The notes beneath the pieces are model-generated. The model searched no databases. It worked only from the letters and a program-made list of their open reading frames with translations, and was not told the origin of the DNA. The position numbers and the translations under genes were made by a program. Shown here in pieces: positions 12,614-24,336 of a DNA stretch of 40,757 bases; position 1 is the stretch's first letter, and every line of letters starts with the position of its first letter. Origin of the DNA: Conidiobolus incongruus B7586 (Eukaryota); contig JNEM01013958.1 of assembly GCA_000697335.1 (NCBI GenBank), forward strand, positions 1-40,757. The letters run 5' to 3'.

Positions 12614-14314
12614 ATGGATATCAGTGATGAATTAGTTGAACAATTTGTTAGCTTGACCAACACAGATCCTCAGACTGCTAAACAATATTTAGAGGTTAGT
12701 AAGATTTTAAATTTTATAAATTTTGTAAAAAATTGAATCAGCACTGTTAGGCTTTTGAGGGTGATATCACTAATGCTGTTACAAATTATTTCAACACTGA
12801 TGATATTCCTTCCACATTAAATCGACCTAGCACCAGTTCTGCTAATTTTGAATCCGATTTTGATCAGATAGAAGCTGACGCGCGTTTGGCTAGTCAACTC
12901 GCTGAAACCGATCAAGTTAGGTCGCCAATTCGTCCTGTTACTGAAAGACTCATAGACCCAATTCCCAATGTATTAAGTGGCAACCCTTTTGCACCCTATC
13001 ATTCCAGATCCATACGGTAATTTTTTTATTTTTTATTTAATATTTTTTCAAAAACCCTTTTTGTGTTTGTATGAGTTTTTAACTAAAATTAGTTCTTTTT
13101 CTAATGCTTTCAGTGAAGAAGATTCTAGTATTGATATTGAAACTTCTCCAAGTAAGTTATATTTTTAAATTTTTATTACTATTTTTATTTAATTTTGAAC
13201 TGATAGCTCGATCTAAAGAAAGAAAATTAGAAGATCTTTTTAAACCCCCTTTGGATTTAATGTTTACTGGGTCTATAGAACAGGTAAATTTTTTTTCAAG
13301 TTTATCAAATCAACTAAAATTCATTTATAAATAGGCACGAATTAAAGGAAAACAGGATAAGAAATTTTTATTATTAAATATCCAAGATCCTACAGAATTT
13401 GCATGCCAAGTTTTAAATAGAGATGTTTGGAAGTCTCCTACCGTCAAGTCCATTATCAGAGAAAACTTCATTTTTATTCAATATTTGATTCAGCATCATG
13501 AAGGTCAATGGTACAAGACATTTTATCCTTTCGAGGGCTTCCCCCATATCGCTGTTCTAGATCCTAGGACTGGTGAAAGATTGGTATCTTGGAATCGCGA
13601 ATTCACCCCTGCTGAATTTATAGAGACCATCACCGAATTTCTGGACAAAAACGATCCATCTGGTGCTGTACAAGCCCCACCTCCTAAGCTTCCTCCTCCC
13701 CCAAAGACATTCGACCAAATGTCTGAAGCCGAACAAATCGAGGCCGCAATTGCTGCTTCCCTAAAGGAACATGCAAACAACCAGCCATCTCCTTTGAGAG
13801 AGGAGTCTCAATCCTCTTCTTCAGCCATACAAGACACAAAGTCTAATGATGGCCAGAATTCTGTTGAGCTGATCGATCTTGTAGATGACTCGAATAATCT
13901 AGATGATGAAGTAGAGGAAGTTACCAAAGCTGCCCCATTAAATCCAGTCGAGCAATTGAAGCAAACGATCAAGAACATCGTGCCCAAGGCTGCTCCTACA
14001 CCGGCAGCTGGAGTACCTGTGACAAGAATCAAGTTCAACTTCCCAGGTAACTTAATATATATTTTGATATATATATAAATATATATTGTATTAACCAATG
14101 TATTCAATTAGATGGCAGCAACAAAGTTCAAACATTTGCCAAATCTGACAAAATTCTGAACTTATTTGAATTTGTCAAGACACAAATCCCCAAAGAGGCT
14201 GAAGATTTGGAACTTGTGTGCATGCGTCGTCAGCTTGCGACCAGTTTGGATGACACGTTAGCCGATGCTAATTTACTCAATGCATCTATTATGGTTAACT
14301 TCATTTTAGAATAA
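12614..14314 (+). CDS. UBX5: UBX-domain p97/Cdc48 adaptor (UBA-UAS-UIM-UBX; UBX5/UBXN7-like), 6 exons
   Basis: N-terminal UBA-like MDISDELVEQFVSLT...AKQYLE, LEDLFKPPLDLMF, UAS domain EFACQVLNRDVW...FPHIAVLDPRTGE, UIM SEAEQIEAAIAASL, UBX TRIKFNFPDG. Introns at about 12695-12750, 13017-13092, 13152-13206, 13284-13334 and 14047-14111. Stop TAA at 14312-14314. Confidence 0.92.
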
Positions 14315-14754
14315 AATCCTTCAATTGATCTATTGTATCAAACAATTTTGATTTTTTTTTCAAATTTTAATATATTTTTAGTGTACAATTTTGAAATTAC
14401 TATATATATATATATCCGTTTAATTTCTTCTACATCATAAATCCATCAAGCGCGTTTTAGAATAATTACTTTAGGTTAATTAAAATATCAATGATAACTA
14501 ATTTGATTGAGAGTTTTAAATATGACGTTATTATATATTTGATTTTGAATTATTGACATCATTTGTAAATTTTCAACTATTTCAATATCATTTCTGTTCA
14601 GAATTATAATTAATAATGAATAATGAATAATGAATAACTCTAAGATAACTGTGATAAATAAACACATAGTTCCCCATGTCGAAATATTAATCTTAATTGA
14701 ACCAGTCATATTGTATAATTATTGAATTATTCAAAGTTTTATTTAAATAAATAA

Positions 14755-17700
14755 TTAATCTAGTAATCTTTGGTTCCTAGGTGTCCAAGAATCAGAAACT
14801 CTCTTGACATGACCAATATGCTTTTGGATAGGAAAATCAGGAAAGTGGAACCCAGGTTGTCTAAAAGGGTTTGTTGATACTTTAGGATTCCAGCTGTGGG
14901 GAGGGAACTGATAGTTGAAGGGATCGTTATCTTCTTGAATGTGTATTAAATCTAAATAGCTACATTAAAAACAATACGATATATAGTGGATTGAAAATAC
15001 CTTTGGACATTGCATCCAGATAATTGTTCTTGGAATTTAAACTCCACCATTGTTGACTGTCATCACTAGGAGGAGGTACTAAAATGATAGATTTAATACG
15101 TTAATTATATGAATATTTGTACAGTACTTACATCCTTTACAATCCAAAGTGGGGGTTTTAGTGTCAAAATTAATTAAATTGGCTAATTGGGGTTTAGGAG
15201 GTCGTGGTGGAGGTTGTGATTTAACTGGAACATTATTTCTCCCTGGAACAACATTACTCTCAGAGAATGATATAACGGGCTTATCATGGATTGATGGTCG
15301 AGCCATTCGCTCTTTGACTTCGTCAAGACATTTAGTTAACTATAGTAACATTTGATTAGAAATTTCTAATATAATAGGTATTGCAAATGATATTTACATC
15401 TATTCTAAATCCAGCCATTACTAAATGAAATTCAATTAATAAATCAATAAACAAGGACTAAAATTTTATATACCTGGCTTATGATCAGATTCTTTCAATT
15501 CAGCTCTAGTATAATAATTACAAGTCATCTGAAATGTTAAATTAATATTTAATTATAATAAAAAGGAAATTTTACTCCTGATCCTTTGTACAGAATATGA
15601 TCTGTCCAAGCTGGGATTCTTCTCTTTTCACTAAAATAAAAATTAATAATATAGTATTATATTCTATAATAATATTTACCTAGTGTCATAAATATTAGTA
15701 CCGATATCGTAACGATAAATGGGGAAGAAATCAATAGGATGTTCAGAAAATCCTTGGAATGCATAACCTCTCTGCATTGATCTCTTCAGCTAAAAATATA
15801 GGATTAATACATAAAGATTAGAATTGTTTTAGTGTTATTTCTTGATCATAATTCAATAATGAGTCAATATGCTTAGAATCATGAGCCATTTGGCGTACTT
15901 GTTCGTTGCTTAAATTAATACGATAATTAAAATCTCCCATATATATAATCACGCTAAATGTTATTAAGTTAATATTGATAATTATATTATATAGAGTAAT
16001 AATTACTGGTGATTATTGATAGTTCTGTTAAAACCAAAAGTCAATCCATTATGGATAGTTTGACAGTCAAAATTTCTCTCTTCAACCTTGGATTGACCTA
16101 GTTCAAAAATCAATATATCATGATAGCAATTTAGAGATATTATCGACCAGAAGCAAAATGACAAGCTACAAAACAAAAGGAGACATCACCAATTACAAAT
16201 CTAATAGCAGCAGCTCCTTTATTACTAGCAATGCCACTAAAACCGGTCTAAAACCAATCAATTATAAGTTAACATATTATATTAATTGATGTTGCCTTTT
16301 TAATAGATTTTTCCAACTGATTGATGAATGGTAAAATGGTATCCCTAGCGAAGATTAAAATAGTAATTCCAACCAATTGTTCAGAGCTTAAGAAAACATA
16401 GTTGCCATCGGGAAAAGCAGTATTTAAATCTTTAATTAATATGTTTTGCCATATAAATCTATTGAATTTAATTAGTATGAAATTATTTCAATATGGTAAA
16501 GATAGATTACTTTCTACCTAAATCGGCGTTTAATATCTAATTTATAATTTAGTATAAATATATTAATCAATTCATATTGCTAAAATTACTTGAGAGGGTG
16601 TTAATTCTACAATTTCTTGAAATGCCATAACATAAAAATCTGGAATATCTTCTTCAGCTATATACTATAATTAATACATGAATCAATTTATTAATATTAG
16701 ACTTACGCTTGGGAGGTAAAATCCAATCAACTAAATTTTGCCCGCTTGGATGACGTCCACTCACGTTATAAGTACCACAATGTATCGCTAGTTTTTTAGG
16801 TGATTGACTAGTATTTGGATGTTGTAATTCCAAAAACCTAAACCATATATTAGTATATATATTAAATATAGATCTAAAAATTGAATTACTGTTGATTGGG
16901 TGATTTGGGTATCGAATCAAAGTTGGAAGGTCCATCCAATACTAATTTAATTTGTCCAGGTAATTTACCCTAACTACTGATTTATAACGCAAAATATTTT
17001 AAATAATATTATAATTGCCAATAACATATCTGTCAGCTCTTGTTTCACCCTATCGGTCACAGCACCAATATACATTCTGTTCACGGATTTAGAAGCATCG
17101 TTTAAAAGGCCTAATCAATTCAAGTTAACTAATGTTTAATTCCTAATATTGTTGGATTACCTGCAATGGACGATTTACCGCTCTTAGTAAAACTAGATTT
17201 TAAAGCACCCGTACCCGCATAAATCCTGGAAATGGCATCCCCATTCTGTCCCATCAATTGAGAAATAACAGGGATGACTTGACCATAGAGGTGACTTAGT
17301 CCAAGGTCATGTAAGATCCTTTTGAGATGATACTGAGTGAATAAACCTTGGACTACATTGGTTCTAAATGATTATATCAATTAAATGTTTTGATGATTAG
17401 TTATCTGGTTGAAATTGCCTATCCAAACTAAATAGAGTTTGATTATGAAATAATAAAAATTATTATAAGTTTGATAAGGATAAAAAATATAATTACCAAT
17501 CCAAACAATTCGTTCTAAAAACACCTTCTTGAGTATGCATCAATTTATTGATAGCAAGATCCACACCACAGAATCCAAAGTCTTCCAACTTACTCTCCAT
17601 CTGATCCACCAACAGCAGTGTAAACTGATAATTATTGCCCTTACACACCGCATGGAAGTCAAAATCCACCAAATTCAACTTGCCATCTGTCTTCTGACCA

Positions 17701-18847
17701 CTTAAAAAGTGGGCTATCAAATTCGCATACAGGTTGTCCAACTGGGATTCGGGACCGTCCTTCTGACTTAATAAATTTACCACTTGGATATTTTTATACC
17801 GTTGCAATAGTTTGAGAATATGTTGATTGAAAGCTGGTATTGTTGCTTCCAGTCCTCTTATAATTTGGATTTTGTGACCCATTAGTTGTAATCCCTATAA
17901 GATACCTTTTAATATCATTTATAAATATACATTATATTATATTTATATATAACATTTTGTTCCCAGAATGCTAATTAACAATAAATGAGTTAATAAAAAC
18001 AATAATCATTATTAATTTTAACTTACCTGGTACACTGCCTCGAATTTGTAAGAAACTGAATAAAAAATTAGATTTGAAAAAGATTATTTCAGTCTGTATC
18101 AAGAAAATTTAATACATGATATATTATCATATGCTATATTGATTACTTCTGTAAAATTGGCTACATTGCCTGCATCATCAATACCTCTAGTATTAAACCT
18201 AGTACCTAATCACTACATATTAATCACATACATATATATAATATAATCCAATTACTAGCTCTTTTCCGCCCCATCCTAGAAATAATACCAATCTTCAAAT
18301 CTCCACCTGTTGACAGCTGTTTCAAATCGCAGAACCCTTGAATCATAGGAACCATATACCCATTCTTCAGAAATGTCTTCTTATTCGGATTTAAATTGTG
18401 AAAGAAAGATCTCAAAGGATACATCATATCACAGCTCCATAGAAATGTTTCGTCAAATTGATAAATTTGCTGTCGTTTCAGTCTAATTAGCATCATATAA
18501 ATTACACTTATTAGTGTAATATATTCTATATATATAACATGCTCTGAGTAAATCTTGTCAAATCCATGTTCGTTGAATAATAAAAGTAATTTCTACTCAA
18601 AAATAATCTGACATTATCATAATTATACTTTAATTCTTGCTGCATCTCCTCCCCATTGTCGTAATGATCCTTCTCGTAAGCCCACAGCTTATCGAAATCA
18701 ATGTCGTAATAATCATGAATCAAATTGACGAATTGAACATCGTTAATCCTATATATAGTTTCTTCGTTAGGTAGTTGACATACTCTAGTTTGTGATGATA
18801 TAATTAATAAATATATATCTATTTTAATTATTAATAAATATTATTCA

Positions 18848-18882
<35 letters not shown>

Positions 18883-19143
18883 TCAAATAGATAAAACACC
18901 TTTATTAATGTTCAAAAACCCCAAACAACCGTAGTCATTGGTCAATCTGGTCCATTCTTTCCTATTGATTTTATCTAATTCTACCAAACTGATATGAATA
19001 GCTCCTACAATAGTAGATGTAAATTCTATATCATTCAGCTGAAACAACACTCCAAAGTTTTTAGTGTATTATTGATTCTGTGTTGGCAGTAATAGCACCT
19101 GTCTTTGTAGTTTGCTTTTCACTAGGACTGTAAAATTCGTCAT
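14755..19143 (-). CDS. Synaptojanin-like phosphoinositide phosphatase (Sac1 + inositol 5-phosphatase + Pro-rich tail; Inp52/Inp53-like), ~25 exons; possibly an incipient pseudogene
   Basis: Manual splicing gives YGCLG, FYYS.NMDLT, TRFNTRGIDD.GNVANF.ETE, QIRGSVP.FWEQ, FRTNCLDCLDRTN, NGDAISRIYAGTGALK, GTYNV, FQEIVEL, SEQLVG, NKGA, CHFASG, GDFNYRI, PAWTDHIL, SDHKPV, LPPPS..WW and NPF. There is an in-frame TAA at 19069-19071 and a GA donor at 15841. Confidence 0.88.
18853..18880. repeat. (TA)n microsatellite within the first clear synaptojanin intron
   Basis: Continuous tatata run. Confidence 0.8.
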
Positions 19144-20284
19144 TAATTTTTATTATTATGAATAGATTATTTGGGGGGTGGAGTATTGGTATTTTTAAAC
19201 TTTTATAGATTGAATTTATACTTGATTCATTATTATGGGAATTGTTTGTTAAGTCAAAATCGAAACTTTAATTGACTTTCAATAGTAAAAATCCTTTTGG
19301 ACAATAATTCAATTAATTAAATGAAGTTTACTATTTTAATTATTAATACTATTATTGATGTGTTATATTATTTTCATCATTTTATAATTCAATATTATAA
19401 ATTTCAAATATCTGTAATTTAATTTTGTGACTGGTGAAATTTTCCCATTCTGAATATAAATTTGTTCCAATTAACCAAACATTTTATTATTAATACTAAA
19501 ATATTAATGCTTCATTTAATCAAAATCGGTATTAGCTTATTAAACCTTGTTCTCACTAATTTTAAGTATGGTATATAAATATATATATAAGATAAAAAAT
19601 AAAACGGCCTGTTAGTTTGTAATCATAATATATTATTTTGAATATTTAAAATGTATTGAATATAAGCACAAGAACAATAAATCTCGACAGTAATAAAAAA
19701 CATTGATGTGGGAATTTCAAATTAATGGTTAATATTGCAAGGCTTCTGGAAAGTAGTTTTGTGATAAAGACCACGTGAATTCGATGAAATGGGTCAAAGA
19801 CGACTAACGAGATACTTTAGAGGGGTTTATCAAAATATCAAGATGTAGGGCTTGACTCTGATCAAAGTGATCGTCCAGCAAATGTCTGTCCAGTGTCTAT
19901 TTTATAGTGTGGTTGATCCTTTGCCAATGTGTTGAAACTCTAACTTCTGTTATAGTCTGCAATTTTCCATTGTGCAAGGATTATTCCTGATATTTGTAAG
20001 CGGATTACATCTGGAATCTTGACAGACGGTTAAAGTTGAAAGGGAAGTGGACCTCCTAATCCGCGACAATATAATTCAATAAAAATTCAGTATGATTTAA
20101 GATTTAAATAACCTATACAATCTATTAACTATTCAATACCATTGTATATTGCAATTAATCAAGAACTCTGTTAGAATATAGTATATAATTAAAATATTTA
20201 GAATAAATTGCTATAGTTTTTGTATGAGTTACAGCTTCAAAAATCCTATAAAACAAATTATATATAAATTAAACAAACAAGCAC

Positions 20285-21800
20285 TAAGGAAATATTACTT
20301 TAAATTTTAAAAAATAAATATATTTTGAGAATGATAATAAATAAACATTTAATGTATAAGTTACAAAAATAAATATATATTATAGTATCAATACTCTCTT
20401 TTATTATCAATAACTCTTTATATTTAACAAGCTTTTAATATTTAAAAAATATTTCTTTTTATTAAAGACTAAAATTTAATATTTTCCAAATTAATTAAAT
20501 TTGTTTATAGAAATTATTTTCTTGTAAATAGAATTTTTAATTGCCTAAATCAATTATAATCACATCAGTTGTAATCTAATGAATATATTATATATGCTAT
20601 CATTTTTAGTTTTCTTATAGAAAATCTTTTATAAGTTAGCTTTATAAATTTTATAATGATTATGTAAAATAATAGCTATTTTTAACTAAAGATGAAAACA
20701 TCAATTGAAAAATTATTTTATTTAAATAAAAACAATTAAAAACCTAATATTAATTAGTTTTATTTTAAAAATTAAGTAAAAAACTATATACCATTATAGA
20801 AAATTATAATAATTATATTTTATTTATAGATAAAATATTTATTCATTAGAATTTATAAAAGGGATTGTTTTAGCCTAAGTTAATAATTTAATTTATTTTT
20901 AATAAAATAATTATATAAAGGAATTAACAATTAATTAATCATTATAATTCATTATAAAATTTTTTACTTTTGGTACTATTTTAATATTTTGTTTATTTAT
21001 AACTACTTTAGTTTTTTAATCATTTGTTAAATTATATAGTATTTATTTTATATTATTATTTATCAATTTAAGTTTAATTTTTGATATAAATAAAATACTT
21101 ATATAATTAATGTCAAATTATCTAAATAACTCTTTAACTGAAATAAAAAAGTATTTTTTTAATATTTTTTTATTATATAAATTAATAAAAATTAGTTTTT
21201 TAAATTTAGGTAAACTTTAAATAATATCTTTTTTAAGGTTAAAGTAATAAATCTAGCAATAAATGGTAGATTTAAAAAAAATAATATCTTTATAAATTAT
21301 TTATAAATTTTAAATTATTTTAAAAGTTTATGGTTGAGTTTTAGTGATACTAAAATAATATACTTTTGATGATCATTATTAAATTTAAATATAATTAAAT
21401 TTAACTTTAAATTTTGAATTAAAAATATTTTGATAAAAAAATAATAATCAAGTATATATATATAATGAATTTTTCAAATTTAGTAAAATATTAAAAAAAT
21501 CAAAAATTAAAAAAATTATTATTTTTTTCAAAAAAAAATAGGTTTTATTAATATAAAAAAAGTCTTTTAATGGCTATTATTTAGTTTAAATAGAATTATA
21601 TTAAATAATAAATTTTAAAAAATTAATTTTTTCATCAAAAAAATTATTATATATATGTATTTATATTTATATTTATAATTTAAAACTATATAATTTTTTG
21701 TTGATTTTATATATATTTGTTTATTTAAAATTAATAATATGCTTGACAAATCAGAAATTAAAAAATTCCCTAATTTTTCAAATCTAAGGTAATATTTAAT
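20285..21800 (-). mobile_element. Decayed mariner element, copy 3, with terminal inverted repeats
   Basis: Colinear with 3300-4590 (e.g. ttctttttattaaagactaaaattt and tcagaaattaaaaaatt.ccc). Remnants YSLDYN*CDYN*FRQLK and RVIDNKREY. TIR-like ends: (ta)aggaaatattactttaaatttt at ~20285 versus aaatctaaggtaatattt at ~21780-21797. Confidence 0.8.
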
Positions 21801-24336
21801 ATTATAAAAAAATTTTATTTAAAGGTTTATAGTTTTAAACACACAAATATAAATTTATCGAATTTTATATTAATATTGATATTAATATTATTATAAATAT
21901 GAATTAAAAATTCTACCACTAATTCAACAAGATTGTATAGCTTTTTTTATATTTTTGAAATTTTTTTATTAAAGTATCTTAAATTTTTATTATTAATAAA
22001 AAATTTTGATGAAATTATTTGTATATATTGAAATAAATCAACCACTAATAATAATGGTCATTCAAAATTGAGTATACATATATATTTAACCTTTTGTTTC
22101 AAAAGTTTTCAACTAAATCATGTAATAATGCTGAAATTGTGGTAGTATATTACATACTTTGTTGTAGACTAATACCGACCAAAAATTCTATTTTTTTAAT
22201 ATATTTAATACCAAATTATTTATTGAATATTTGTATTTACTAAATTGAATTATTTCAATACTCTTGAATGAATCAAAACCAGTTAATTTTATAATATATA
22301 AAATCATTATTGTAATAATCTTTGATATTTGAGTATCAAATTCTGCTGTAAAATAACTCTAATGTTATAAATCCTTAAAATATTTTAGCCAATTTCTAGT
22401 TGAATGATATCAATTATTTATTTATATGCCCAAATTTATAAATGTTCAATGAAATTGCTATATTTTCATAATAAAACTAATCAATATTAATAAAATGGTA
22501 TCAGTTTCCTTATTCGATATTATATAATTTCAAATTGAAAGAGCCGTTCAAAGTTTGATTGCTTTTTTCTGTTATTACAATTTTGAAATACGAAAAAGAA
22601 TTCTCATTCAATATATTTATGTATTTAGAAATTTGATAATATCAAAAAACTATTCTATCTTTATAACCATAATAATATTTTTTAAAAGCTTCCAATATTA
22701 ATCAGCTATTCAATAATTTGATGTAATTTTGATACACTATCAAATTAACAATAGAATCGGAGATGTCCCAATATGTCAGTTCAAATTGTTCCAAATGTAT
22801 TACTCTGTTTGAAACTTAAAATATTAATTTGATTGGTTTTTTGGCAATATTATTATTGAATGTTTTTAGAGATAATGGCGAGATAATATTGAAAATGCAT
22901 CAATTTATTAGTATTTTTATAAATAGTTAAATATTGATTATAAATTTTATGAATTTTTATATTGATGTTATTATCAAATGTGAGTCAGTTGACAAGTCCT
23001 TAGATTTTAATTTGAATGAGTGGTTAAAATGGATTCAAATAATTATTGGACGTTAACTTTCCGGCAGTAAATAATCAGCAAACCTAGTGTGAATACTAAG
23101 TTATAGAAAAATTAAGAATTTTACCGGCTGATAAATATACTTATATTCTAAATAAAAACTCTATATTAAAATTTGTTAGAACATTAGGATATATTTTAAA
23201 TTTGTATATTCATTTCATAATAAAATATTCTCTTAGTCGCAAATTTTAGCTGATTCTATAAAATCATTTGATTATTGTTATTTTAAATCTGGGTATTTTT
23301 AAGTTTAAATTGCCTAAATAAATACCAGTCTTTTAACTTTCATATTGACTGAAATCAAAAAAATCCTGTTAATTTTATTTGAAAATATATTTTACTTGCT
23401 AATAAGCACAGCCTTGACTTTTAATTATTATGTGTAGACTAGGGTATTAATTTACTCTAATTCTAGTTAGAAAGATCCAATTTAAATAAACTATCCCTTA
23501 TCATTGGTTATTCAACCAACTTGAGCCATTTTTATATAATACAGTAATCATTCAATAATTTATTATTTTCGTCATCCAAACATAATTGAAAATTATATTT
23601 TTAGTAAAAAGAATTGGCATCAAGAAAAATAATGAAACCAAAATTCATTAAAATGAAACAAATGTGCCAATATTTCGATATAATAAAAATTAACTGAAAA
23701 TTCTCAAAAAGTCTGAATATTAAAACGCAATAAATTTGATTGGAGAATATAAGTATCATAGAGTTTACAAGCATTTGAGGTTGAAACTAAACTGACTAGC
23801 TTGAGAAGGATTTATCAACAGTTGAAATATTATATTCAACTAAATTATTGGAATGCTATCCATTTTATATATTTTTATTTTTAAAGTTAATAATATTTTA
23901 ACTGTATTCAAAACTTTAAAATAAATGGCTATTAATTACCAATAGAATTAATTTATGTATATACTCGAGTTATTGGTAGATAAAATTAAAATGAAATATG
24001 ATTAAATTTAGTATTAAATCCTAATCATAAATTTATTCTGGTCAATCTTGATGAATTGTATAGTTTGACTCATTGATTAAAATTGTCTAAAATAATCAAG
24101 ATTACCTTGTATACATTAGGTAGATATAATTTTAAATTGTCAGAAATTTATATCAATTTGAAATTTAGGTGCATTTTTCATATTTGAAATATTAGAGGCG
24201 CCATTATTATCTTTTTACCCTTGTTTATATTATTGCTTACAATTATTCCCAAATTTCGTTGATATTTATTTTGCAAATTTTATTGATTTATTCTTTTTTG
24301 ATTTTTATTCGATAAAATTTGATTATTGTCATTTTA

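Noticed and set aside
13523..14107. Minus-strand ORFs 13523-13780 and 13808-14107
   Set aside because: Antisense shadows of the UBX5 coding exon.
10847..18256. A-to-I RNA editing rescuing the lesions (TAG->TGG, CAT->CGT, AGT->GGT)
   Set aside because: It could fix the G->A sites, but not the apparent C->T lesions (ATT for ACT, TAA/TGA at non-Trp positions) or the damaged acceptor. DNA-level decay is simpler. RNA-seq would be decisive.
22000..22910. Possible decayed gene with sparse-stop frames
   Set aside because: No recognisable motif in the frames examined; cannot be supported without a homology search.
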